From Gammaproteobacteria bacterium (GTDB lineage: Bacteria > Pseudomonadota > Gammaproteobacteria > Eutrophobiales > Eutrophobiaceae), in assembly GCA_963422205.2 (NCBI GenBank), contig CAXMWX010000005.1:736001-800000 (forward strand): 64,000 bases of DNA, given 5' to 3'. Positions 33,814-46,690 of the stretch are shown one piece after another. Both the position numbers and the translations under genes were made by a program. The notes under the pieces were generated by a model. It searched no databases. It had not been told where the DNA came from and saw only the letters and a program-made list of their open reading frames with translations. Numbering within the stretch: the stretch's first letter is position 1; every line of letters begins with the position of its first letter.

Positions 33814-34663
33814 CAGAGCTGGGCACTCGGTACTTTAAAAGTAACGACGATATCGGTACCGATACTTTGATAAAAAAGCACCGTCGGTACCGATAACGGT
33901 ACATTTGTAAAAAAGTAACGACGTTATCATTACTCGGTACCAATTTTCGGTAGCCTACTTATGAAACACATTTTTTTAAACGTATTTTTGTTTTGGTTTA
34001 CGTCTTGCAAAGCAACGAAATTACAACCTTATCAAGTTTTTTTCGCAACTGGTGCTAGTGTAAGGTCTGAGTTGTAGTCGCGCGCGAATCTTGATGCTGC
34101 AAGCGAACACGTCGGTTATATCAACAAGGCGACAGCGGCACGCTCACCAAAACAAGCATTCCCGTGTGTGAAAACATCTATAATCTGTTGATCTTCTGCA
34201 TTAGTTATGAGGCTAGGTATAAGCAGTATCACCATCTGAAACTCACGCTGGAGAGCAGAAAAATTTGTCAGTCCTGCTTATCTGGCTACGTTACTACAGT
34301 TGAACAATACTAAAAACGTCGAAGAGTTTATGGCCTATATACGAAAAAAATGTTGCAAAGGTTCTTGCTGTGCGAATTTCATCATTGAAAAATTTTCTGA
34401 TAATTTTCGCGCGCAAAGTTATCTACAACTACATTGTTTGGCGGTAATCTATTCTTTGAAGATGCTTTTTGCGGAAAATCCAGGAAAATTTTCCGCTTTT
34501 GCTCTCTTAAGTTTATTCAAAAAAAGTTACCGAAATATGGAGTACATCAGTCTAAAAAGTGACGACGGTACCAAAAACAATACATTTTTGAAAAGTATCG
34601 ACGGTACCTATAACGGTACTAAAAAATTATCGCGTTAAAGTACCGTGGTACTGCCCAATTCTG
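33814..34663. mobile_element. hAT-type MITE with GGTACC-rich subterminal repeats
   Basis: CAGAGCTGGGCA / TGCCCAATTCTG; perfect TSD GGTATAAT. Confidence 0.85.
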
Positions 34664-37600
34664 GGTATAATACAGATAAGTTAAAAGAGGTACAAATGCA
34701 CGTTAGACAAGCAAACACGGTGCGATTATCCGCAATACTGTTAGGTGTTGATTACATGACCCTGAAAAGGCTTCATCACCGTTAACCCTCAATCGGAATA
34801 AATCACATTAAGCAGGCAACAGTAGAAATGGCGAAAATTAATGGAATAAAATTATTAACAATGATGGAGCATTATTGCTTAAGTTTTGACTTCAAACCCC
34901 ATATTTTATGTTGAACCAAAGCCAAGGGGGGAAATAATGTAAGAAAACCTCTCGCGAAATCGGATTTTGCGAGAACTTTATATGACTGATTGTTCATAGT
35001 TCAATCCCACACCTTGTTGGCCTGTATCCAAAAATTTAATTCTGACGTACCAATAACTGTATATTTTCGTTAAAGCGATTTCTCTCTTTCCTCATTGTAA
35101 AAATACAAAGACAAACATGAAAACCTGACGCTTACGCAAATGTTAGAAGCATTAATTACATGTGGCTCAATTTACCTGGGTGTGGCTCAACAAGTCTGAC
35201 CTAGTGGTCCAAAACCCCCATGTGGCACGTAATTTTAGCCGTTTTAAAAAAATCAAAAAAATTTTCATAACTTTATAACCAATTGCAAGAAACTTTATTG
35301 GAAGCATGGTGAACGAGACCTAAGCAATACCGAATAGTTGCGCAACTTTGAAGAAAATTGGACGTTTAGTTTAGCTTCCTGAAGATTTTAAAATTTACTA
35401 TGCTTAATATGTCTGACCTACCCCTATGTGAATTTAATGAATAATAATTTAAGCAATATCCGTTCTGACACTATATGCATTATGTAATGGGTTAAGGTAT
35501 ATTAATATCACTACACCAACGACTTCAAAATTGGTCTTCACAGCTCCTCTGCTTGCCGTTTAACATTAAAGTGGCAGTGTTTTAGCGGTTACAGTGTGGA
35601 AAACAAGCTGGCAAGTTTACTTGTTGTACCGTTGGAAAACGCACTTAGCAGGATTACCCCATCTTTGTGTGGCAGACAGGTGGCTGGCAACTCCTAAGCA
35701 GAGGCGTAACTAAAGTTTGCTGAGACCCTGGCCATTGCCCATTTCCCCCATGGTGAAGCTCCAGCAATGAGATATGGTAAAATATGAAATATTGCGTGGA
35801 GATTACAAGCGGTTTTGGTAGTCAGCAACAAAATGATGTGATCAATTTAATTGCGTAGATTGACACCTTTTAACATCCGAGTTTCGTAAAAAAGTGAAGC
35901 AAAGAAGCTCTACAAACTTTAACTCTACTGACCACATTGAGTGGCTGAGTGTAACTTTTTTCAAGTAGGCCTAATAAAAAGGATTGATGACCCAAAGCGT
36001 TCGCTACCAGATGCAGCGAAAATCAGGGCCAGAAAGACATCAATCTGACAAACACGTCTGTGGTGGCTCACGTTCAAGAATTTCTGTGGCATAGCATATT
36101 TATGTCATCTTAATAGGCCTAAAGAATGACCATAATGGTGTGATGCGTGGCCCATATCTGAGGCCGCGTTCACACATGGATGTTTTTGCAACCAGGCACA
36201 AAATTTCATTTTGTTATTGCAGACGCTATTTTAATTCTTTTCGAACTTGTTTCAGCGATTCAAAACCGGAAATGGTAACCTTTTCGAATTGCTGAAATAG
36301 TTTTGAAAATCTTAAAAATTGCGTTCACAATATCAAAATGAAGTTTCGTGCCTAGTTGCGAAAACAACTATGTGTGAACGCAGCCTGAGTCGGGGTGGTA
36401 AAGGTCATCGTACTCCAGAAAATTGTTCGTACCCCAACAAAATTCGAAGACTAAATCGGACATTCTACTGGAACCGTTTTTTTGTTTTTTTTTTCGGTCA
36501 TTTGTCGGTCATTTTGGCAAAGATCGAATTTTTTTTTCGGTCACAATAATGACCGAAAGAAATTTGCAATTATCTTAGTTTAACAATTGCTCTTTTCTTC
36601 TGGTGATAATAATAGCTATTATACAGGTAATGACATAAAGTGTTTTTAATACGTTGCTCAGTTCCCTACATAACTAACTATTTGTTTGTACCGTTTGTTT
36701 CGAGAATGTACTGTTAATGTTTCGAGAAAGGGTTAATGTTTCGAGAATGTGCTATATTGTACCCCTTTCGCCTCCTTTTCGCTCTTCGCTCCCTGGTGTT
36801 TCTCTTTCGCCCACAAGGGGCCATATCGCCCACTTTGAAAAACACTGATTTAGACTAGAACTATTCGCTTGGTCCAAACAATAGTTTCCTAAAGTGAGTT
36901 CCTAACAAACTGAAAAGCCAAGAAAATATCGAAACGTCACAAATATTCCCAATTTTTATGTATTTAGAGGCAAAATTATTTACGTAGGCCCAGGGCCGGA
37001 TTAACGGTTTCAGAGGCCTGGGGCTATACCGTAGTCAGGGGTCTATATTACCCTTCAATTGAACAACTGCTGAAATATGTAGCCTACATATCGGTATTAA
37101 ACACATTCATTCGTTCTTGTTTATTCGCACACCAAAATAGAACAATATTGTAATTATTTTTAAAAAATAACACATTCCAAGATCATATTTTCTAAATTTG
37201 TTCTGTCTAAATTCAGTTCTAAGAACAGTGTTCTGTCTAGTATCAATTCTGAGAACACCCTATTTTGAACGTTTGCAAAGTTATGACATACCACGAAGCC
37301 CCAAATCCAGCAAATATGTTTTCTATCTGTTGTTTTGTAAAGACTTCTACGATTATTTCCCACCAAACCTCGCAAACTTAACGTTAACTTCCTTCCTATT
37401 TGGTATCCTAATGTCCCTTCACGTGCCAGTACGAAAAATCGTACGGCATTTTATGTAAAACTATTTTTCATTTATGCTACTGTCTATGAATTATTACAAA
37501 AAAATGATTATAAATTTCATCGACTAGCCACAACTGCGACGTTTTCTCGGAGCTGTATTGCCCAGGCGATAAGCCGCTAAAACGGGCCTCAGCATACGTG

Positions 37601-38309
37601 TAACGCTTCAGCGTTACTTTAACTTAATGAAGATTTGGTTTATTTTTTTTAGTTACAGAAGAAAACGTTACATAACATGCTGTAACTGATGCTAGGCTAC
37701 TGATAGCATTTGCTTATGATTTTTAGCAAAATTTACACAGAAATGAACATTTTATATCAATAATCATTTTAATTCGGCCTATCCAGTTGAATTCTGTTTC
37801 GAAAACCGTCAAAATCGTTGCACGATATTTCCTGTAGAACATTCACATTGCGTCATAATGTTTTCACTCAACTTATATTTTTGGCATTTTTTCACTTTCT
37901 GCAATTTTCACCCAATACAGGGGGATTTGATCGGTTGAAAGCAGGGATTCAACCAATGGTTGAAAGCTGGAATTTAATTGGTTGAAAGCTGGAAGCGGAA
38001 GCGCGAAAAATATGGCGCTTCCGCTTCAACATCATTCAAAAAAGCATCCTGTAAATAACTTATTAGATATTACATTTTATTCAATTTATTAGACATTATT
38101 GTACCATGCTAGATTCGCATGAATGCCAAATTTCAGATTATAGGCCATTACTTTTCGCTTGATTTTCAGATAGTACTAACGTAGAATCGCTTTTTCTTTC
38201 AGCTTTTTCTAAGTTTTAAAATAAAAGCAACTAATTTATCAATAGCGTTAAATGTAATAATTGACTCTTTTCCAATTATAATCGTATCATGAAATAGATG
38301 GGGTGCTGT

Positions 38310-38903
38310 CAGGAGCGTATTTCGGGGGTCATTGTACCATCGTCCTCCCCTTTTGACTTTGTCTTTTAGAGAAAAAGAACAAAATTAATGGTACCAAGTG
38401 ACTGAAATATGCCAGACTTTTTTAATGGTTTTTGTAGCTTATGGCCAGGGGCGGGTCCAGGGGGGTAGGATGAGAGGAATGCATCCTCCGACCAGCCATT
38501 TTCAAAAACGTTTTTGATGCATACAATTTTTCCATAATTTCCAATCTTTTCGATAGCGATAAGCCTCGATCGAAAATGCGCCGTGCGAACAAAATGCGCC
38601 GTGCGAACAAAATGCATCGAAAATGCGCCGTGCGAACAAAATGCATCATATTTGGCAAAGCACTACGAATTAGGGTCAAAAATTTTAAACAAAATTTGGC
38701 TGAAAATTATTCAAAAAGCGCTAAAATAGCCGTTAGAGCATGTACATTTTCAAAAAATTTCCGGGGGAGCATGCCCCCGGACCTCCCCAAAGCCTATCTT
38801 GTTTCTCAATCAGCTTCAAATTAGGTCTGCTAAAAAAAATACGCTTGAAAACAATGTGGAAATTATGCCCCTCCCCTATTTAAAAATTCTTGCCATGCCA
38901 CTG
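38310..38903. mobile_element. CAGGAGCGTATTT MITE copy with an internal 19-bp tandem repeat (38572-38645)
   Basis: TSD GGTGCTGT/AGTGCTGT; unit AAAATGCGCCGTGCGAACA three times. Confidence 0.85.
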
Positions 38904-39000
38904 AGTGCTGTGTATCAGCATTTTTCTAATGAAGCGAGGAAGTTTCGTAGCAAAGTTGCAGTAAAAAACTCCCAAGAGTGTGACGCAATTTTGTGACTCA

Positions 39001-39909
39001 CAGGAGCGTATTTAGAGGGGGGAGGCATTGTGCCATGCCCCCCCCCTTTTTTTGACTCCGCCTTTTAGTAAAAAAGAACATCGTACTGCAGAACTTTTAG
39101 TAAAAAAGTCGGCAGCGTGGCGTAAGTGGTTTGGAGCGTCGTTTTTACGACGACCATGATCGCAAGGTTAATTGTTCAACTCCCAACCTAGTCTCGTTGT
39201 TGGATTCTTGGATAAGGTGCTTCACGATGTTTATTTCTGCTCGGTAGAATCTGGAAAGCAGCAAATTTAAGAAGTCAGAAACAAAATTCAACCGGAAAAC
39301 TTGGAAACAAAGGCAACTCCTAAGCGAGTCTGGATTCGTTCTATGCAAAAACGCCTTCGCCGCTTTCTCGTGATAGGAGGATAAAGGTGAAGAAATCAAT
39401 CCATCAAAAAGAACAAAATTAATGGTACCAAGTGACTGAAATATGTATGGTTTCTGAGGCTTATGGCCAGGAGCGGATCCAGGGCGATAAAATGAGGGGT
39501 ATGCATCCTCTCAGCTCTCACCAGCCATTTTCAAAAACGTTTTTAATGTATACAGTTTTTTTCGTAATTTCGAACCTCTTCGATAGCGATAAGCCTTACG
39601 CCTTAAGAACGCATAATCGAAAATGCGCCGTGCGAACAAAATGCATCATATTTGGCGAAGCACTCAGAATTAGGGTCAAAAACTGTACACAAAATTTGGC
39701 TGAAAATTTTCAAAAAGTACTTAAATAGTCATTAGGCTTATAGCATGTAAATTTCCAAAAATTTTCCGGGGGAGCATGTTTCCGGACTCCATAGAGCTTT
39801 TTTTGTTTCTCAATCCCCTTCAAATTAGTTCTGCCGAAAAAAAGTTCGCTTGAAAAAATGTGGAAATTATGCCTCCCCCCCCCTTTTAAAATTTCTCGCT
39901 ACGCCACTG
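39001..39909. mobile_element. CAGGAGCGTATTTA MITE copy interrupted by a SINE
   Basis: TSD GTGACTCA/ATGACTCA. Confidence 0.85.
39108..39400 (+). mobile_element. tRNA-derived SINE, family C
   Basis: GTGGCGTAAGTGG A box, GTTCAACTCC B box, distinct core, and a 3' tail shared with family A. Confidence 0.7.
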
Positions 39910-41280
39910 ATGACTCATTTCAATTATTCCTTTACACTTTTGTTCGCTCTTTGCAAATTATTATCTTAAAAAAAAACGTTTGCTAAAGTTTGACCAAAAG
40001 CTTTTAGTGTGCTTGAAAAAAAGCTGCGGTTTACGCCATCGACTATACCAACGAACTGGTCGTATGTTACTAGCAAAATTTTGGTGAATTTTTTGAAAGC
40101 GGAAGCGCTGGAAGCGAAAGCGACAGGTGTGGAAGCAGAAGCTGTTTGCAAATATACCGCTTCCACATCCCTGGTTTAGAGGGTCTCAAAAAATTAAGGC
40201 AGCTTCTGAACTTTGTTTCCCGCGCCTTTGAATATCTCAATCATTGGACTGGTAGCACGGTACTGGCCCGAATCTCGCAACTCCAAGTACAGTTACGTCC
40301 GAATCTCACAAGTTCACTACTCGAAATCAGTCTTTTCTAAAATTTTTCGTTTAATTGCCTGAGATCTTGTGAGTCAATTCAAGTGTAAATTCGTTGAAAT
40401 TTTTGGCATTGATACAATCTTGAATCAGTTTCTTAATCTTATCCGAAACTGGATAGACAAGGCCTGTACAACAAAAAGTTAATCACTCGTAAGTACGGTA
40501 TTATTCATTTTTATAATAAAATGGTTGAGTGATGAGAAAATTAGTCAGTTGTTCCTAATGCGTTTGTAATCGAAAGACCTATTTCCTCCGTGGGCCTAGG
40601 GTTGCAGCCCCATCAGCCCCCGCCTTAATCCAGCCTTGCGTAGGCTATATTGAAGTTCATCAAAATAAAGGAATTGTGAGCAAATTACCGCAAAAGAGCT
40701 TCAACTAGGCCTGTACCTTGACTTGAAGACATTACGAACACCTGGAAAAAGAACTAGGGCATTTTGAAAAAGACCCTGGGCATTTGCTGCCAAAAAAAGG
40801 CTTAGTTACGCAACTGCTCCTAAGCGAGCTCGTGTAGCGAATTGATTGCTTTCTCGTGATAGGAGTATGAAGATGCAAGTAAATACAACTAAACACAAAA
40901 ATTCGATACTTACAAAAGCAGTAAACAAAAACTGTGGCTACTTTTATTCTAAGCAGCAAAAAATTTTGCGACCTGTATTTTCTTGCAACTAAAAAAGTGA
41001 AACAAAACTGCTTTTAGGGACTGAAAAGTTGAAAACTAACAACAGAGTCACCTTAATAGGCTACACTTGTTCAAGTCTTTGTAAAAATTGAACTTTTGGA
41101 ATCCGTTTTTTCATCCATCATTAAATAATTGGAAACTCTGACATAGTTGCTATGCGTTTGCATAAATAAAGTTTAAATCCGGTGGTTTGAATGTTACACT
41201 TTAGTCTAGCGTACATCGACTTAATTGCGTAAAAATTTAACAAAATTTTAATTTGGCGCATCACATTAATGCTTAATTTA

Positions 41281-42298
41281 GCAGTTCAGATCGCTGAGTG
41301 GTAAGAGCATCTGCCTCTGGAGCTGTAGGCTCTAGTTTGATTCTGAGTCTGGTCAAACCAATAACTTAATACTAATAATAATAATAATGTATTTCCCGAA
41401 TTCAGTGCACACATGGCACTACGGGACGACAGCCATAAAACCAAAGAAATGTCAAATAACATCAAATGAAACAACTAACCATAAGACAGAGTGCATCCAG
41501 CAAAAATAATGAAAAAGATGAGGAAATGACAAAAATCAAAAAAAAAACAAAGATGGATCTACTGACAATTCGATTACTCTAACCAAAGTGTATCTAGTAG
41601 AACACACAGTGCATCCAGCAAAAAATAATAAAGAAGATGAAGAAATGCCAAAAAAATTTAAAAAAGTCAAAGATGGATCTACTGACATTTCCGTAGCTCT
41701 AACCACAGTGAATAAAATAACAAACAAGAAATCAACACGCTCATAAATTAATAAATAAAATCGCTTGATGCCTAACTGCATGCATACCATTAGCTAAACT
41801 TATGAACTAGGAGGAGTAGGCTGCAAATATGCACATATGCAAATTTAACGGAAATTGCACTGGTAAAAAATAGGGATAGGCTGCTAATATGTAGATACGC
41901 AAATTTAACGGAAATTGCACTGGTAAAAATTAACAAAAAATCAATCAGTCAAAATAAGAAATATCATGACAATGCTAAGGATAAAAAACTAGCAGTATTT
42001 AGAAACAAGACGTTTGAATTGAGAAACAGAAGTACTATTCACAACATTCCATGGCAAATTATTCCAATCCTGTGTACACCTTTGTGAAAAACAATATTTT
42101 CGACAATCAACTCTAACAAAATTTGTTTTCAATTTGAATAAATGTAGTTTGAATAAATGTGTTTTCAATGTTGAATAAACTTTACAGCCTAATTCTGAAT
42201 TGGTATTCACAGCTTCCCTGCTTGTTGGTCATCTTTAAACTGTTAAAGCGACTATGCGGAGAACAAGCCAAAAAGTTTAGTTGTTGTGCTGTTGAAAA
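41281..42298 (+). mobile_element. Family A SINE split by a CR1 fragment (halves 41281-41367 and 42197-42298)
   Basis: Head ends at AAACCAATAACTT; the core resumes at AATTGGTATTCACAGCTTCCCTGCTTG. Confidence 0.75.
41368..42160 (-). mobile_element. CR1 LINE 3' end with (ATT)n tail and duplicated 3' UTR blocks
   Basis: ORF2 C-terminus RKYCFSQRCTQDWNNLPWNVVNSTSVSQFKRLV; ~119-bp duplication 41488-41705; ~60-bp duplication 41817-41930. Confidence 0.75.
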
Positions 42299-42585
42299 CA
42301 GAACGGTTAATTTTTGTTATTTGTGACAGAATGCATAGACGAGGCGAGTGGCACTCAGCACATTAAGACAGTAAGATGTTGCTTGATGCAAAATATAACA
42401 CTGACATTGTCGCGGAAGGTTGCAAAGTGACTATTTAGTTGACCGGTAGGTCTTCGCGTCGAGCAACCATCCAAAAATCATTAACCTCGTAAATAATTCT
42501 TGAATTTATTCTAATTCAGAAGTGAAAATTTTTGATGTACACAGTACAGTACGATACTCTGGTACTGGTACTCAGTACTCTGTAC

Positions 42586-42788
42586 GAGGTTAGATCTAGT
42601 ATAGGCCCCCAGGTTCGATTAGGGTTAGGTTTGGTTAAGATTAGGTTCAGTTAAGGTTAAATTTAGTTAGGGTTAGGTTCAGTTAGGGCTAGATTTGATT
42701 AGGGTCATGTTATAGTTAGGTTAAGGTCAAAGATTAAGTTAAGGTTGGCAGACAAAAAAATTGTGGAGGCTTTTTCTAGATGAGACCC
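42586..42788. mobile_element. Small DNA element filled with degenerate GGTTA/TTAGGG repeats
   Basis: Perfect 8-bp TSD CTCTGTAC; imperfect TIRs around ATCTAG. Confidence 0.65.
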
Positions 42789-42895
42789 CTCTGTACATAA
42801 AATTATTGACTAAGTTCTTCAGTACTCTGTACATGTAATAACTGATTAAGTCCAACTGTGGTATTTGTGGGTTGGTGGAGTAAAAACATCACGTA

Positions 42896-43904
42896 GGGGA
42901 AGGTGGGGTCATTTTGGACATAAGGCTAGCAGGCTAGTTTGGACCAATCACTTCTGGTTTTATTTTTGCAGCATCATGCGACCTGTAGCAGTCACCGCAA
43001 TCGTCTCTTTCAGTCACCATATGGGTTAAGTAGCAAAATCAAGTAGTTTTTTGTTGAACTTCATATTCACAATTTTGAACAAAAAACTAAAATCAGATGA
43101 GATGAAATTGTAAGGTTTTGTGCTAGCGTGGTTACTGTTTAAGCTGAAGTCTGGCATTGGTACTAGTCAGGCATGTTTGAAAAACACGCATACAACATGA
43201 ATTTAAAAAAAAAAAATGAAGTTATGCAGGAAGAGTTTGCCATTTGCTAGTCTTGCTGAGTGTGGGGTTACTTCGAGCATATATAACAAACCATTCGAAA
43301 TAGCATGTGAAGATATTGTTTTCAAATTGGAAAATGATATTATATCAAGTATGAAAATAAACTTAGTACGTGAAGATGTTGTTTTCAAATTGCTAGTGCC
43401 ACAAATTATCGGGTCTTCTCGACGCCCATTTTTACGCTTTTTAACTTGAATTTTGAACAATCGAACATTTAATTTTACCAAACTATTGAGATCATGCGTA
43501 GTCTCTTTTTTTCATTTGGTTAATTTCGTTTGAATTCTTTGTTGTAAACTTTTGAAAACCTTGTATGTGAATTTAACTGAAACAAGCTGTTTTTTTCTAT
43601 CAGCGGAAATTGATGCAGAGTGCTTTTTCATCACAATAAATTTGCCTTCTTTTTAACGTCCGAGACTACCCCACTGCTTGTCCAGACTTACCCCACTATT
43701 GGGGCAAGTTCGGACGTGCTAGACCATCGTGCATTTGTGTAAGTAATAGCCTAATGCTTGGAGCTATTGCAATTACAAACAATTTCATATTGAAATCAAA
43801 GGGCTATCTACAATTTTGTACAAAGAGTTGGTAATTGCTTATTCCTTATCTTGTCTTAGAGTCACAAAAGCAAATTTTGTCCAAAATAACTCCACCTTCC
43901 CGTT
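42896..43904. mobile_element. TA-flanked DNA MITE with GGGGAAGGTGGGG ends
   Basis: GGGGAAGGTGGGGTCATTTTGGACA / TGTCCAAAATAACTCCACCTTCCCG. Confidence 0.7.
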
Positions 43905-44028
43905 ACCCTAAATGTTATGCTAGGCGACTAGTGTATGGTTGATGTTTGATCAAACCGTTAGGATCATTTATTGATACTTTTTGATCAAAAAAAATTTCAT
44001 ATGAATATTGAATTACAGATTAGCAAAA

Positions 44029-44252
44029 GACATTGTCTATTTTGTCGTTAACGGAAAAATAGTTTCTAGGTCTATTTTGTCAGCAGTAGGTAAAGTCAGC
44101 ATCTACTGCCGGAAAAATAGACCTAAAAGCTATTTTGCTGGTGCTCAAAAACAGTTATGAGTGTCCACACTATACTGCTATATGGATTACACTATATCTG
44201 GCGAAATAGAACTAGAAACTATTTTGTCGTTAGTTACAAAATAGACACTTCC
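44029..44252. mobile_element. MULE-type MITE
   Basis: Long imperfect TIRs; perfect 9-bp TSD TTAGCAAAA at 44020-28 and 44253-61. Confidence 0.8.
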
Positions 44253-44299
44253 TTAGCAAAATGAGCATTTTTTAAGGGATTGATGTAGACTATTCCATA

Positions 44300-46690
44300 T
44301 TTTAATGCCTTGAAATTTAATAGACTGTAGATCTTTGAAGATTCTAAGTTCCAAAAACACAGTAAATAAAAGTTAAATTTGTTATTTTGTCGGGTAGAGT
44401 GATTATGAATTTTAGTTGATTTAATAAGGTCATTAGAAAATGTTGATGGAGCTTTATTGCAAAGAAATGGTGCCTTAATTTAGCAACTTCTATGATGTAC
44501 AGGTCATCTAATTTTAAAATTTTAAGGATTGATCATGTTTCTCCCACTGTCAATTGCTGTGACAGCATTGTTTTGCAGTGCTGAGTATGCAGGCTATATA
44601 TGATGCGGTAGCAGTACCTAAGATTTTTAAGATTGATAGATATAGCTGTATTAGAGAATATCAAATGCTGATAAGAGTTTCAGGGGGTAGACATTTCTTA
44701 GTTTTCATATAATTCCCACTGACCTAGACATTTTACTTTCTATGTAATGAATATGGTCCTAAATGAAAATACTATTATCTAGCATATAAACTGTATAGTG
44801 CCAAGGCTGAAGGTATTTAGTAATTTGTGGGCAAGGTATTCCTGCATTATTCAATTGGATGGTGACATTATTTATAGTTTTAACATCAGGTTGAGGTTTG
44901 GGTGTTGCGACCATGTCTGCTAATTCCCTCATCTTTAAGTTTCTCTTGCTAGCATGTTACAGCGTTAATCGTTTTGTTGCTTCTTCCCTTTTCTGTGTCT
45001 GTTTGTAGTTGAATTCCTATATTGCTGTGTTCTATTTTTTTTGACAGTACAAAAATAATAGACACCGCTACTACTACTAGATTTACTTTTCATCAGCATC
45101 TTTTAGGATTTTACCTTTTGGTATTTATAGAGAGTATGTTAGCATGCATCCAATTCTAGCATTATTATTTCATCGCTTATCACTTGTTTCAAAAGATTGC
45201 TCTTTTAAGCTTTTAAAAGTAAACTGGTTTCGTCAGTAAATAGTCGTGGCATAGTGCTCAGGTTATTAGCTAGATCATTGATATAGATAGCATAACGTAA
45301 AAATCAAATCAATCCTTCCATATACTTGCATTATTATGTCGAAGCGTGTAACAAGTGATGCAGGATGGGGCTCATCTTTGTGGCTTTGCTACTCAGCAAC
45401 ACAGCTTTCAAGAAATGTCACAGTGGTGGCGAGCCATTGGCAACAGTATTTCCAAATTGACCAACTCGGGATTTGAACACCAGACCTCCCATCGATAGCA
45501 ATGTCTTAACAGCTGAACTAACCGGCCGGTTGAAGATAAAGTGAGAGGCCCAAAATATATCCTTGAAAAACACCCATTTTGCCTTATGTAATTTATTTTT
45601 TTTGGTTCCATTTATAGATACATAGGGGAGACCGGGCAATACGAACCAGAAAAATTTGCACTGCCCTCAAACGGTCCCTAATCAATGTAAAGCTTTGAAA
45701 ATTTCAGGTTACATAGTCGCCAACATTAGCCTAAACATGTCACAAATGAGATAGCTTAACTTTTCTATTCATTTATTTATATTACTGCATTTTTTCCTTA
45801 AAAAATTACCTGAGGCATTATAAACCTTAATGGGGCATTATGAACCAGTTTCGAAATTGACTTCACATTACTTAATTAATCATATGTAGAGACAAACTAC
45901 TGGCATGCAATGCTATAAAATGAATGTATTAGCATTTTTAACAGTATATTGTCACTTGCTGTGTACAAAAAGATATAAGCATTCACACTTATATAAAGAA
46001 CTGTTCAGGTTCACAGCTGTCCACTTTGCTACTTCATGCTCAGTGTCAAAAGCACATTCAAATTTAACTAAGCCAAACGCTCTGGCTGTTTCTCCAGTGA
46101 ATACCTGTACTGGATCAGGGAGCTTCTGCACAATTTGGCTTTTTTCAATATATTTGACATCTCCAGTAACCAATTGGTTCATAATGCCCCGACTGAAATG
46201 ATCTTATATAAATTATTTTGCAACAAAATTTTTAGCAAACACTATCAAAAATCGATCTGCAGTTGTTTGTCCTGACCATGTCTTATCCATAAACGAAAAT
46301 GTGGACTTTTAGAATATCTCTGAAAAAATGTCAGTTATTCTAAAACAAAAACCTAAACTTACTTTTAACCTCCAAAATCACATTTTAACTGATTTACTGA
46401 AAAAGAAGAACAGCCGACCTCAACTTTTAGCATCAAAGAAAAGCTGATAGTCATGTGACCTAACTGTGCACATCCGGTCTCAAGATTGCCAATCAGTTTT
46501 GAAATAATGCCCTGGTTCATAATGCTCCGGTTTCTCCTATTGTTCACGATTTCATGGGTAACTAACAATAAGATCATTATAAACCCCTCTAATATCATAA
46601 TGTTACCGAATCAAATGCTTTCCTCATGTCGAGGGTCATTTGAGTAAGCATGTCTTGGTTTTGGATGGTGTCATAACATTCAGATACTGT
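44300..46690 (-). mobile_element. Heavily decayed Crack-like LINE remnant, interrupted by a SINE and a MITE
   Basis: Collinear RT vestiges: LDMRKAFDSV (~46610-46640), NWMHANILSIN (~45130), ITKYL (~44815), LKILKLDDLY (~44500). Confidence 0.55.
45625..46537. mobile_element. TA-flanked DNA MITE with GGGGAGACCGG ends
   Basis: TAGGGGAGACCGGGCAATACGAACCA / TGGTTCATAATGCTCCGGTTTCTCCTA. Confidence 0.7.

Larger units (their letters stand above)
36991..40638. mobile_element. hAT-type element hosting two MITEs, SINEs and a further hAT remnant
   Basis: CAGGGCCGGATTAA / TTAATCCAGCCTTG; TSD CGTAGGCC/CGTAGGCT. Confidence 0.75.

Noticed and set aside
38572-38645. CRISPR-like or coding repeat (MRRANK units)
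   Set aside because: A simple 19-bp tandem expansion inside a MITE with no unique spacers; the DNA is eukaryotic.
38366-38996. Recurrent short ORFs ([21 protein letters not shown]) at several loci
   Set aside because: They are translations of multi-copy MITE bodies, with frames not conserved between copies.
41488-41930. Lys/Glu-rich coding repeat
   Set aside because: The frames examined contain stops; the duplications lie in the 3' UTR of the CR1 fragment.
46605-46687. Next exon of the putative divergent transcript
   Set aside because: Its open frame encodes the LINE RT motif LDMRKAFDSV, and the frame continuing from MPHYSKPLSL stops.
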